From contig JBEBGD010000014.1 in NCBI GenBank assembly GCA_040081625.1, forward strand, positions 1-64,000: DNA of 64,000 nucleotides, in the 5' to 3' direction. Source of the DNA: Chthoniobacteraceae bacterium (lineage in GTDB: Bacteria; Verrucomicrobiota; Verrucomicrobiia; Chthoniobacterales; Chthoniobacteraceae). A program made the translations under genes and the position numbers. Below, piece after piece: positions 38,101-50,100 of the stretch. The notes under the pieces are model-generated. The model was not told the DNA's origin. It searched no databases and worked only from the letters and a program-made list of their open reading frames with translations. Position 1 is the first letter of the stretch. Every line of letters begins with the position of its first letter.

Positions 38101-41100
38101 GCGGACACTCAGCGTGAGCGTGCCGTTGGTTGAGACGGTGTAAACGGCCTGCTGCTCGTTGGTGAGGACGCTGCCATTGACGCGCGTCTCGACCGATACG
38201 CCGCCGGCGATGAGCGCGCGCATCGCGCCGGCGATCAGCGTCAGCGTGCGGCTCTCGGTCGGGTTCACGCCATTGGGCACTTCGAAGTTGTAGTGCTGGT
38301 TGTCGAGATCCACGCGCCAGAGCTCGCCCGCGCGGAAGCCGCTGCCGATGGTCGCCTCGGTCAGCAGGATCGTGACGCTTGGCAGATAGTGCGGGCGTGC
38401 CGAGAGCGGATCGTTTTGCACGAAGCGGTCGAAGATGTCGGCTCGATCCGTGTAGGGCGAGGCACGCAGGTGCGTGATGGCCGGATGCGGCGTCAGCACC
38501 GCCTGGTTGCCAAACTCGATCGGAGCGCCGTTCGCGTTTTCGACGTGAACGACACCCGTCGTCGGCGCCGGCGCCGTGTAGCCCGCATTGCGCAGACGCG
38601 TGGCGATATCCACGGCGATCTCCGTCGTGCTCGGGACCGTATCGGCCGTGCCCTGGAAGCTGGCATTCGCGATCCAGAGCGTCCACACGTCGTTCGGCGC
38701 GATCGTCGGCGAAGTCGAGATCGTCACGTCCTGGCCGTGCCGCACCGACGGCGAGCCGCTGATCGTCACCCCGCCGTGGACGAGCGCGAGCGTCACCGTC
38801 AGGCTCGGGTCGTTCACCCCAAAGGTCGTCCCGATGCGGTGCAAATAGACGACCGCGCCGCGCGAGATCGCTGCAAAGCCCGCGGAACTGTCCGTGTCCA
38901 CCTTCGCCGCGAGCCGCTGCGCCATCGTGGTGGGCGTCTCGCTGGCACCCGCGAGCACGGAGTAATCGGTGCCACCGAGCGTGATCGTCCATGTGTCGCC
39001 TTCGTTTACCGCGCCGCCAGCCGGGATGGTCAGCGTCAGCGCCACAGCATCGACGGCGGTGCCCGGGCCGCTGGCCGGCACGAACTTCGCCGGCGTGGCG
39101 ATCGACGCATCGGCCGGCAGCAGATCGAAACTGCCGGTCGCCTTGGTAATAATGATCGCAAATCCGGTCGCGATTCCTTGCGAGGAAGCGGTGTAGCCGG
39201 TGATACCCAGGATGTCCATCCTGAGAGTGTTCACGACCTGGCTCAAGGTCTGCGCAACGATCGGCACCGCATTCTGAACGCCAGCCACATCGATCGCCCA
39301 CACTTCACCGGCGCCCGGGTTGCCCGAGAGCGTCACGAGTGAAGTATCCGGCACCGACACCGCTCCGATCGTGCCCCCGACGTTCGTCGTCGTCGCGCTG
39401 ACGGTGAGCGCCGGCCCGGCCACCGTGCTGCCCACATAGATCCGCCATGTCGTTCCGTTGCTCGGCGAGACCACCGCGATTGCCTTCAAGCCGACACCTC
39501 CACCGATCGCCAGCGCCAAGTTCTCAGCCACCGACTGGAGCGTCGGGGTGCCAGTCACCGCTGGCGAATACGCCGTCCCATCGATCGTCACGGTCCACGT
39601 ATCTCCAGCCGCCGGCGTGCCGGTGAGATCGATCGCGACCGTGGGATTGAAGATCGTGAGAACGCCCGGCGGGTCGGTCCCGGACGTAATGGAGAGGTCG
39701 CTCGCATTGATCGTGAAGTCGGTCGCGGAATACTTGACCACCGAGACGACCGCGCCTTCCGATGCGCCGACGTAGCCCGTGAGCCGGCTGATCTGCGCGG
39801 CGATGCTCGCAGCGATTTCGTCCGGCGTCGTCTCGGTCGTCACGTGGACCACGAGATCCGTGCCCGCGAGCGTGAGCGTCCACGAGTCGCCCGGATGCGG
39901 GGTATTTGCGAAGGTGAGATACGCGACATCCTGCACCGCAGGCGTCGTCACGGTGACGGAACCCGCCACGCTCGCAGTGACCGTGAAGGTGTTTGGCGTC
40001 GGCGTATTGACGTTGGTGATCGTCAGCGACGGGCCCATGAATGTCGCATCGTAATCCGTGATCGCGCCCGCCAGCGTCGCGAGCCGCTGCGCGATGGTCG
40101 CGAGCGAATCCGGCACGCCGCCGCCAGCGTCCTGCACCGTGTAGGTCGGGTCGGTCGCCGCGCCGACGCCGCTGATGTCGAGCGTCCAAACCTCACCGAT
40201 CACCGGCGCGCGCAGCAGCGCCACGATGTGGCTGGTCGCGGCCGCGACCGGCGCGATCGTCGCCACCGCTCCAGAAATCGCCACGCTCGCAGTGACCGTG
40301 AAGGTGTTTGGCGTCGGCGTGTTGACGTTGGTGATCGTCAGCGACGAGCCCATGAACGTCGCATCGAAATCCGTGATCGCGCCCGCCAGCGTCGCGAGTT
40401 GCTCGGCGATGAAAGCGAGCGAATCGGGCACTCCGGCGCCTGCATCCTGCACGGTGTAGCTCGGGTCGTTCGCCGCGTTGACGCCACTGATGTCGAGGGT
40501 CCACGTGTCGCCGATTACCGGCGCGCGCGTCAGCGTGATGGTGTGAGTGGTCTGGGCGGTCGGCGGCGGCGTGACCGTCGCCACTGAGATGGATGCGCTC
40601 ACCGCAGGCTCCGCGATCGGCGCGGCCACATCGGCGATGTAGATGTTCCAGTTCGGCGAGTTGAACACCGCACGCGCCGTGTAGCCCGTTGCGCCGTCGA
40701 TCGCCCTCGCGAGCCGATCCACCACGCCGGCCAGCGTCTCATTGGCGGCGACTGTGACCGGATAGGCGGTCCCGGCCAGCGTCACGGTCCAGATCTCGCC
40801 CTCATGCGGCACCCCGCTGAATTGCACGGACACCGCGCCGTCCGCGGCATTGTTCGTGAAATTGGTCTGCGTGATGGTGCCCGGCGGCGTCACGCTCACT
40901 GTCACCGCGCCGATGGCGCCCGCGTTGACCTTCGTCACGACGATTCGTCCATTTTCCTCAAGCTGCGCGATGTAGTTCGCGGCGTTCGCAGCGTTCAACT
41001 GATTGTCCGCCGTGTCGTTATTGATGTCGCCGATCAGGTCGTTGATCACCGTGGTCAATGACTCCGTGGCCGCGACGATCGTGCGCTCGGCGACCTGCGT

Positions 41101-44100
41101 GCCGCCGATGAAGATGCGCCACACCTCGCCCTGATACGCTGAGTTCTTCAACTGCAGCAGCACCGAGGTCGGCGTGGTGGCAACCGTGAAGCCGCCCGAC
41201 GCGGAGAGCGTGAAGTCCGAACTGAACGGCGTCGCTCGGCTGAGCACGAGCCGATACGGATCGCTCGTCGTGCCCGTGCCGAGCACGTTCCTGGTGAAGC
41301 TCCCCGTCGTAAGATTCGTGCGCAGGCCGTTTGCGACGTTCTGCTCATTATTCCCGCCCTGCGCGACGTAGTTTGTGGTGAAGGTGCTCGCCCCGCTGCG
41401 CAGGGTGAGCTGCCAGTTCTCGCCCGGCCGCACCGGCCCGTTGATGACGAAGACGGCCTCGGTCCAGTTGATGAAGGTGAGCGCCTGCGCCTGGTCGGGC
41501 GTGCCGGAAATCTCCGCGTAGCCGAGCGGATTGTCGCCGCTGACGGTCACGGTGAGCGCAAACAGCGCCGCGCGCGAGAAGGTGATCGCCGCGCCGGTCA
41601 CGGTGGCGGTGGCGGTGAAGCCGGCGGTCGTGAGGCTCGTCGCCCATCCGGCGACCACGTCATCGAGCGTCTCGGTCGCGCTGGTGATCGTGTGCGTGTA
41701 GTTCACGCCACCGGCACGCAATACCCAGCGATCGCCGATCTCGGTGGCATTGGTCCCGTCGAAGTTCTTCAGCGTCACCGTGGCGGAGGTGAAATTGACC
41801 GGCACTGGCGTCACCGCATTCGTCATCGGCGTCACCGTGCGCGACACGCTGCCACCGCGCTGGATTTCCTGCGTGAGCGCATCGAAGGTGAAGCCCGCCG
41901 CATCCACGATCGTCAGCGTGCCATCCGCCGCGGAGGTCGATGCAAAGAACCGCGCGGGCAGCTTGCCAAGAAGCGTCGCCGCGATGCTGCCGAGTGTCTC
42001 GGTATCCGAGAGCACGGTGTGGCTGTAGGTGCGGTAGCGCAGACCGGAGAGCGTCCACACATCGCCGACGTTCACCGTGCCATCGAGCTTCAGCGACACG
42101 CTCGTGTAGTAAGTGCGCGCATCCGGCGTGTCGGCGATCGGCGCGTGCGCGAGCGGGCTGAGCATCGCCTGCGTCACGGTGAACGAATACACGTCAGCCG
42201 TGCCGTCGCCCGAGCCCTGGATGCGCACGTAAGGCGTTTCAGAGTTGATCGAGCCGCCGAAGGCTTCGTTGCCGACCGTCGGGTCGAAGAAGGTGAAGAA
42301 GTTGTCGCGCGCGTTCACGTCCTGCGGCCCGGTGTGGGTCATGTCGATGAACGTGGTGTCGTGCCCTTCGATCTCGCTGATCGGCTCCGGCGCAAAGACG
42401 AAGCCGGCCACCGGATGCTGCGCGATGCTGACCTGGAGCGTGTAGTCCACCCCGACCGGCAGGCCGCCGAAGCCGAGCCAGTTGTCGATCTCGATGTAGT
42501 AGGTGCCCTTCTGCGTGAAGTTGAACGTGAGGAAGTCGTCGAGATACGTCGCGCTGCCGAGGCCGCTCTGCGCGAAGTCGAGCGGGTTCGAGAACCCGGA
42601 GCCCTGCGCGATCAGGCGGCCGTCCTGATCGTAGAGCTTGATCAGGCTGCCCCACACGATCGTGTCACCGAACTCGAACCCTTGATCGATGTCGAAGTTC
42701 GCGCGCACTCCGCCGGCCGAGGCCGCCAGCATCGCGTCGGTGATCGTGAAGCGGTAGAAGTCGGTCGAACCGTCGCCGGTGCCGAGCACGCTCAGGTGCG
42801 GATACCACCGCGTCGTGCCAGCGTCATCGTAGCTCGCGATGTCGGGGTTCGAGTTCGCGCTCCAGCGCGCGAGGTCGAGGTTTTGCGAAGTGTAGATCGA
42901 GTCGTGGACGCCGACTTCACGCAGGATCGAGACGCCGAAGTCGCCGGTGAACTGCGAGACGAACTTCGCCGTCACCGCCGGCGGCAGCGTCGTGAGTTCG
43001 AGCACCACCGAGGTGCCGGCGGCATCCGGCTTCACCGAAAGCACGCCCGTGCGCACATCGCCGCGCACCGCGAAGTCGCGCGCCGCGCTCACGCCGACGA
43101 GCGCGTCGATGCCCTGCTGGAGTTGCGCGATGAGGTTCTCGTAAGGCGTCGTGCCCGTCACGTTCGCCGTCACGCTGCCAATCAGCGCGCCTGCGCCGTC
43201 CTTCACCGTGATCGTGTAGGTGCCGAGCGGCGCATTCGGTCCGGTGACGCTGAGGGCGAGGTATTTCGCGCCGGTGAAGATGCGGGTGACGAATCCTTCG
43301 CCGAGCACCACGAGATCGCTGGCTTCGGTCACGTTGGTCGAGTTGTTCCCCTGCGTGATGAGCAGGCCCGGGGCGTCGTCGTCGGCGATGCGCACGTCGA
43401 GCACGTCGAACAGGCGCATCTCGCCGTTCTTCCCGGCGACGTAACGATACGTGACGCCGTTCATCAGCACGCTCCACGTGTCGCCATCGGCGATCGCATC
43501 ACCCGGGGCGATGTTTGATAGCTCGACGGTCGCATCGACGAAATGCGTCATGCTTGTCGCGAGCGAAGTGATCGTGCCCGCGGTGCCCGGCGCGCTCGGC
43601 GAAGGCGCGAGCGGCGCGAAGTAGTCGAGCGTCGCGCCAAAGGCCGCGCCTGCCTTGCGCGTGATGTCGAGCGTCGTGCCGCTGAGCGTGACGAGATACT
43701 GGCTCGTGCCGATTGCGGCGCGCAGGCCGATCGCCACTTCGTTCAGCGTGTCGCCCGGCAGCGCGCGATAGACGAAGGGCACCTGGTCGAGCCGCAGCAC
43801 CCATGTCGCGCCGTTCGCCACCGTCCCGGCGAGATTGACAGAGATGTGCGTGAACGCCGCGGTCGGCGTGCCGACGATCGACGTGCGGCCGCCTGTGCTG
43901 AGCGTGAAGGCCGGACCGGCAAGCTGAGCCTGGTTCTGACCCGGCACGCGCGTCGCCTGCACGAGGTTGACCACGTCGCGGTTGATCGCCGCGATGAGGC
44001 CCCCGACCACGTCGTCGCTCGTGAGCCCGAAGTAGGCGCCGAGGTCGCTCGTGATCGTGTGCGTGATCCGCGAGAAGTGCGTGCCTTCCTTCTTCGAATC

Positions 44101-47100
44101 CTCGGTCGCCCAAACGATGATCTCGCGCGGCGTATCCCAGTTCATCGTCGTGAAGGTCACCTCGCTCAGCGGCGCCAGCGTGGTGGCGTCGAGGATCTGG
44201 ATCTCGCCATCGCCGCCCAGCTTGATCGTCACGTCGCCGGTCGGCCGCTTCGTGAGCACGATGCTGTAGCGGTCGCTCTCCGGATTCGCGCCGAGGCTCG
44301 GCGCCACATGGTTCGCGCCTTCGGCCACGACGGTGTCGAAGCCCGTCTTCGCGATGAGCACGCCCGCTGAATCGTTGTCGATGACTTCCACCACGACGCT
44401 GAGCACGGCGAGATTGTCGTAGGCGCCGCCGTCCTCGTTGCTGCCGCCCTGGATGACGGTGTGCTGGATCGCGAGGAGCTGCCGGCCTTCCGCCACGAGG
44501 TCGTCCGGAGCGGTGATGGTGATGGGCACCGGGATGAACCAGTTCGTGCGGTCGAACACGAGCGTCACGCCGACCTCGCTGCCGTTGATCCTCACGCCTT
44601 TGGCGCCGGTGCGTTCGTCGCTCTCGCGCCGCGGCGGCGACACCGTGATGCGCACACTCTCCTGCGGCGCGCGCGTGAGCACGATCTGGTAGGTGTTCTG
44701 GACGAGGCCCGTGCCCTGCGGCGCCTGCTCGAAGACGCGCAGCGGTCCATTGCCAAGGCGGATCTGCACGCCCGCAGCTTCGTTATCCATCACCTTCACC
44801 GAGAGGTCCTGCGCGAAGATCGCGTTATATGCGCCGTCGAGGCTGAAGATGCTCTGGTCGATGACGCCGCTGTGACCTTCGAGGCTCTTGCTCACGACGA
44901 TCACCGGCTTGTGATTCGGGAAGCCGCCGACGTTGAACGTATCCGTGCCGAGGCCGCCGACGGTCTCCAGCACGACATTCGGCGGCGTGCTCACGATGAA
45001 GAACGTGTCGTTCCCCTCGAGCGCATCGACCGTCAGCTTCTCGATCGTCGAGTAGGTGATGAAGAGGCCCGCGCCGAAGACGCCTTCACTCGTCACCACG
45101 AAGTCGTCGCCGAACTCAGTGCCGACGATCGTGAGCGTGTCGAAGCCGTCGCCGCCCTCGATGCGCACCGGCGCGTTGACCGTGTAGTCGATGAAGTCCG
45201 CGCCCTGGCCGCCATTGATGTTCGTGAACGGCCGCTTCGGATCCTTCGGATCAACCTTCACAAACGCGCGCACCTTGAACGAGTCGTCATCCTCCTCGCC
45301 GTAGAGGAACAGCTCGGCGAGGTTGCGATACACGGTGAAGCTGTCGCGTCCCGCGCCGCCGTGCAGCTCGGCAGGCTGGCTGATGCCGTTGCTGAGGTAG
45401 CCCTTCGTCGTGAGCGTGGTCGGGAAGTAATCGTCAGGCAGCAGGCCGTTGTAGGGGTTGCTCGCGTCGCGCGGCGACTTGTAGAGCTGGCCGACCTGGA
45501 ACGTGTCGTTGCCCGCGTCGCCGTAGATCGCCAGCGGCGCGTTCGTGTCGTCGAGCACGAACGTGTCGTCCCCATCGCGCCCGAAGACCGCGATGCGTCC
45601 ACCGAATGTTCCGCGGTAGTTCACGCGCTCGACCACGCCATTGCGAACCGGCATCCGGTTCACATCGGTCTCGAGCGCGAGGATCGTGCTCGGACGGAAC
45701 AGGAAGAAGTCCGGCTGGAGCGTGCCATAGACATTCAGGCGGTCGTTGGCGTCGCCATTCTCGGCGTCGAGCACGTTGATGAGCGCGGGGCCTTGCCCCG
45801 ACAGGCCGATCTCGTAGTAGTCGTTGTCCTCGCCGCCCTCGAGCGTCAGCACGGCGCCGATTCCATCGAGGAAGGTCTGGCGTCCGTTTGCGTCGTAGTT
45901 CACGCGGATGCGGTCGTTGCCCAGGCCGCCGCGCACGGTGAGCAGGCCCGTCGTGCCTTCGATATTGATGACGTCGTTGGTCGTGTTCAGCGAAGCGACC
46001 TCGTCGCCGAGATCGATCACCGTCGTGCCGGCGTGGGTCGAGCCGACATGGACCACATCGTTGCCCGTGCTCAGCGAGAGGATCAGCGACTCGAACTCGA
46101 CGTAATTGATCCCCTGCACCATGCCGAGCCCGTCGATGCTATCGCTGGTCACGCTGGCATCGAACCCGGTGATGCCGCCGTTATCCACATCCGTGCCGGC
46201 ATAGACCGTGAGCAGATCGCCGCTCGCCGTGTTCGTGTGGCCGAAGACGTTCAACTGCGCCGGGAAGCCATTCATCGTGCTCGTGAGACTCGGCAGCAGC
46301 GCGTCCGCGTGGCTGCCGACCAGCAGCACGTCGCTGCCGAGGCCGAGGTAGAAGTTGAGCGTCTCGGTGCCGAGGTAGTGGAGCAGCCCGCCCGCACCGA
46401 AGAACCCGACCGTATTCGTCGAGGAGAGCGCGGGCCGCAGGTAGTCGTGCGTCAGCGCGCCCGTGTCGCCGAGCGTGTCGCCGTCGTAGCCGAACGCATC
46501 GCGGTCGTCGTCGAGGTTGACGATATCGTTCGTGCCGGCGCCGGCGTCGATCGTGAGCAGCGCGGTGATCTCGTTGAGCGTGCCGAGCTGGTTGTTGTTC
46601 AAGCCGGCCTGCGTGCCAACGTTGATGATGTCGTTTCCCGCGCCGGCATTGATCGTCGTCGGGCCCTGGATGCGGCGGATGTCGAACGTGTCGATGGCCG
46701 CGCCAGTCGAGATCGTCGTCGAACCCGTGAAGGTCGCCGCGCCGACGAGCAGCGTGCGCGGAACGACCGCGTCCAGCGGCACCGTCACCGGCACCGTGAT
46801 CGGGCGCAGACCTGGCGTCTGCGTGTAATGATTCGCGCCGTTGCCGGAGCTGACGATCTGGTTCTCCACCCGCACGAAATTGAACTCCGCGGCCACCGGC
46901 ACCAGCGTGCCGTCCACCCGCTGCTGGACTTCGATCACCTGCACCTTGTCGGTGGCGAAGTAGGACGCCGGCTCGCCGCCGACGGTCGTGAACGGTTCGT
47001 TGCCAAGGTAGAAGGCCGCTTCGCCACCCAGGTAAGTGTCCTGCACGAAGACGCCCGCGATCTTCACATACACCGGCTCGCCCCGAGCGTGGAAGATCGG

Positions 47101-50100
47101 CCGCTTGGTGAGCGTCACGGTCGCGCCACTGGTGGTCGCATCGTAGCCCTTCACCGCGTCGAGCTGCGCCGCGAACGCAGCGGCGAGGTCGCCAAGCGTC
47201 TGGCCGTCGCTGACTTTGATCTCGATCTTGCTGCCGTTGAGCGTGACCGACCACGTCTGGCCCGCGACGATCGTGCCGCTGAAGGAGATCGTGCGCGTAT
47301 CGCCGGAGCCGCCGAGCGTCACAGCGCTGCCTTGCGGCGCCTCCGCGGCGAGCGTGTCGGCCACGTAGGTCCTCACATTCCCGTTGTCGTCGAGCGCAAA
47401 GATCCACTCCCCCTCGTCCTTGCTCACGATCGGCTGGCCGAGCTGCACCAGTTCGCTGCCGTCGTAGAAGATCCCGTCGCCTGCGCGATGGATCGCCTGC
47501 ACCACGACCGAGAACCGCACCGTCGCTCCCGCACCCGGCGCGCTGGCCGGCGTCACCGTCGCCGTGTTGCCCGAGACGAGTGGCGTCACGTTGTAGATAT
47601 TCGATCCGTCGTAAATCGTCGCGATCACCTGATCGCCCGCCTGCAACGCGCGGAAGCCGCCGAGATCGAAGACTCCGGCGCCAGTCCAGTCAAAGACCTT
47701 CGAGAAGGTGACCTTCACCGTGACCGGCGAAGTGGACTGGTGTTCCGGGCGCACGTTCAGCACCAGCCCGCCGGCACCGACGCTGACGATCTCGTCGCGG
47801 GCGAGGTTGTAAGTGGCCACGGCATTTGAAACGACGATGGAAACGATGTCGCGCACGGCCAGCCCCGTCGTGCCAATCGGCAGCGTCACATTCGCGGTGA
47901 GACCGCCCAGCTTGAAGACGTCGTTGAGCACCTCGGTCACGCGCTCGCCGCGATTATGGATCGCCACCTGGCCGGCCCGGTGCAGGAACGGATTGACCAC
48001 GTCGATGTCCAGCCGCACATTCGCGCCGAACGCCGTGAAGATCGTGACCTGGTTGGTCGCGAGGTTCACCGAGAACTCCGCCGAAGTGAGCGACACCCGT
48101 GAGCCGTTCGTGAGCACCACCGACACGGCGATCGCTTCGCGCATGGTGATGTCGGTCGAGAGATCGACGGTCACATTGCCGCCGAGCGTGAAGTTCTTGT
48201 AGCTCTCGCGGTTGCCAGGATTGGTGACCGGCTGGCCGAGTTCGTCGAAGGTCGGCTCGCCGCCGAGGTAGCGCACCAGTTCCCCCGCCCCGCGCACGAC
48301 GCGCTCGCCGTAGAAGTGCGTCACGACATCGCCCGCCGCGTGCGTGAGCGTGACACCCGCCGCGTTCACGACCGGCTGGCGCGTATAGACATCGAGCACG
48401 AGCTCGCCACCCGCGAACCTCAGAGTCGCGCCGGTGAACGGATCGATGACCGGCTCGCCGCCGTAGTAATACTGCCCGTCGGCGATGAGGTAGTAATTGA
48501 TGTAGCTGATCTCCACGACGCCCGGCGCCGGGTTGTTGTTCGTATCGAGCAGCGCCGCGACGTTGATCGTGACGGTGTTCGAGCCGGGGCTGTAGATGAA
48601 GTCGCTCGGGAACAGTCCGCGTGTGACTCCGGCGATGACGACTTGCAGGTGGATGTCGTTGAGCGTCGTCCCGGCGCGCAGCGTAAAGGTGCGCGACGCC
48701 ACGTCGTTCGGGTCGGCGAGGAACTTGTCGCTGCCGTGGGTCTGGGTGCTCTGGCCGATCACGCGGTCCACCGCGCGCAGGAACGTGTCGAGGAGCACCC
48801 TGTCGCCCGCGTTGTTGGTGGCGTTGTCGATGTTGATCGTGTCGGTGCCCGGCGTGCTCTCGATGAGATCGACGACCCGCGTGACGAGTGTGCTCGTCAC
48901 CCGCGGCACCGGGAGAAGGACGGGGTTCGCCGTCACGGTCGTCGTCTGCGCCCCCATCGCGTCGTAGTAGAGCCGCTGGCCGCCGGCGTTCACGAGCTGC
49001 ACCTGGTCTTCGATGATGTTCCCGCGCTTATCGAGGATCACGACGAAGGCGGCGAACTTCCCGCCCTGGTCGAAGACGATCGGCGAGAGCGTCGCCGCGG
49101 CATACTGCTCGGCCTGCACAGTCACCCCCGCCGTGCCGCTCGTGATCACCGGGATCGCCGCGGTCGAGCTGGTGCTCGCAAAGGTCACGATCCACGGACT
49201 CCCAGCCGTGCCTGCGCCGCTCACGTCCACGACGGGCGCAGCCGACACCGACAGGCCGGCGAGCGCGGCCCTCACCTGGGCCGCCGTCGCATTGAAGGCG
49301 AGCGCGCCAGTCGTCAGGCCTGCGTAGGTCAGCGTAAAGGTGCCGGTCGTCAGCGTCGTCGATACCGACTGGTGCGGCCGGGTATCCACATAGACGAGCG
49401 GCGCGTTGCGGAGCAGCTCGGAGAAGTCGGGGTTCGACGTGGCGACGTTCACGACGCTCTCGTTGATGTGCGCGTCGCCGTCGAAGAACACGCGGCCGGC
49501 GATGCCGAGCAGCGAGCCGGCCTTGATCGTGACCGCGGCACTGGCGCTCGTGAGGATCGGGGTGCCCATCACGGCGCTCGTGAAGTTGAGGAAGTTCACC
49601 ACCCACGGATCGGCGAGCGTGCCCGCGCCGGTGACCTCGATGCCGCCCACGTCCGCCACATTCGAGAGCGCGGCGATCGCGGCCTTCACGTCGGCGGCCG
49701 GGGCGTCGAATGCGATCGGCGCGGTCGTCTGCCCCGCGTAGCTGAGCGTGAAGGTGCCGCTGGTCGCGCTCGTCCAGACTTTCTGCGTGAGCGAGTCGCG
49801 CACATTGACCGTATCGTCGCCCGCGCCGCCGTAGATGAGTGCGAGCCCGCCGATCTGGCCGAGGTTGATCGTGTCGTTGCCGCCGCCGCCGTCGATGACG
49901 ACGTTCTGGCCGGGCCTTTCCGCCGTGGCGGTGTAGGTGCGGACGACCGTGTAGGTGTCGTCGCCGTTCGCGAGGCGCAGTTCGAGAGTCTCGAAGCCCT
50001 GCGCATCGACGCCGAAGAACGGCAGGCCATTCGCGCCGAGCCCGGTGGCGAGGCCGATGCCTTCGACGCTCTGGAACTCGTCGAAGAGCAGGCGGCCCGT

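Noticed and set aside
39964..40530. Duplicated segment as a DGR template/variable repeat pair
   Set aside because: The mismatches I checked are not adenine-specific, both copies are in-frame tandem units, and no reverse transcriptase is present.
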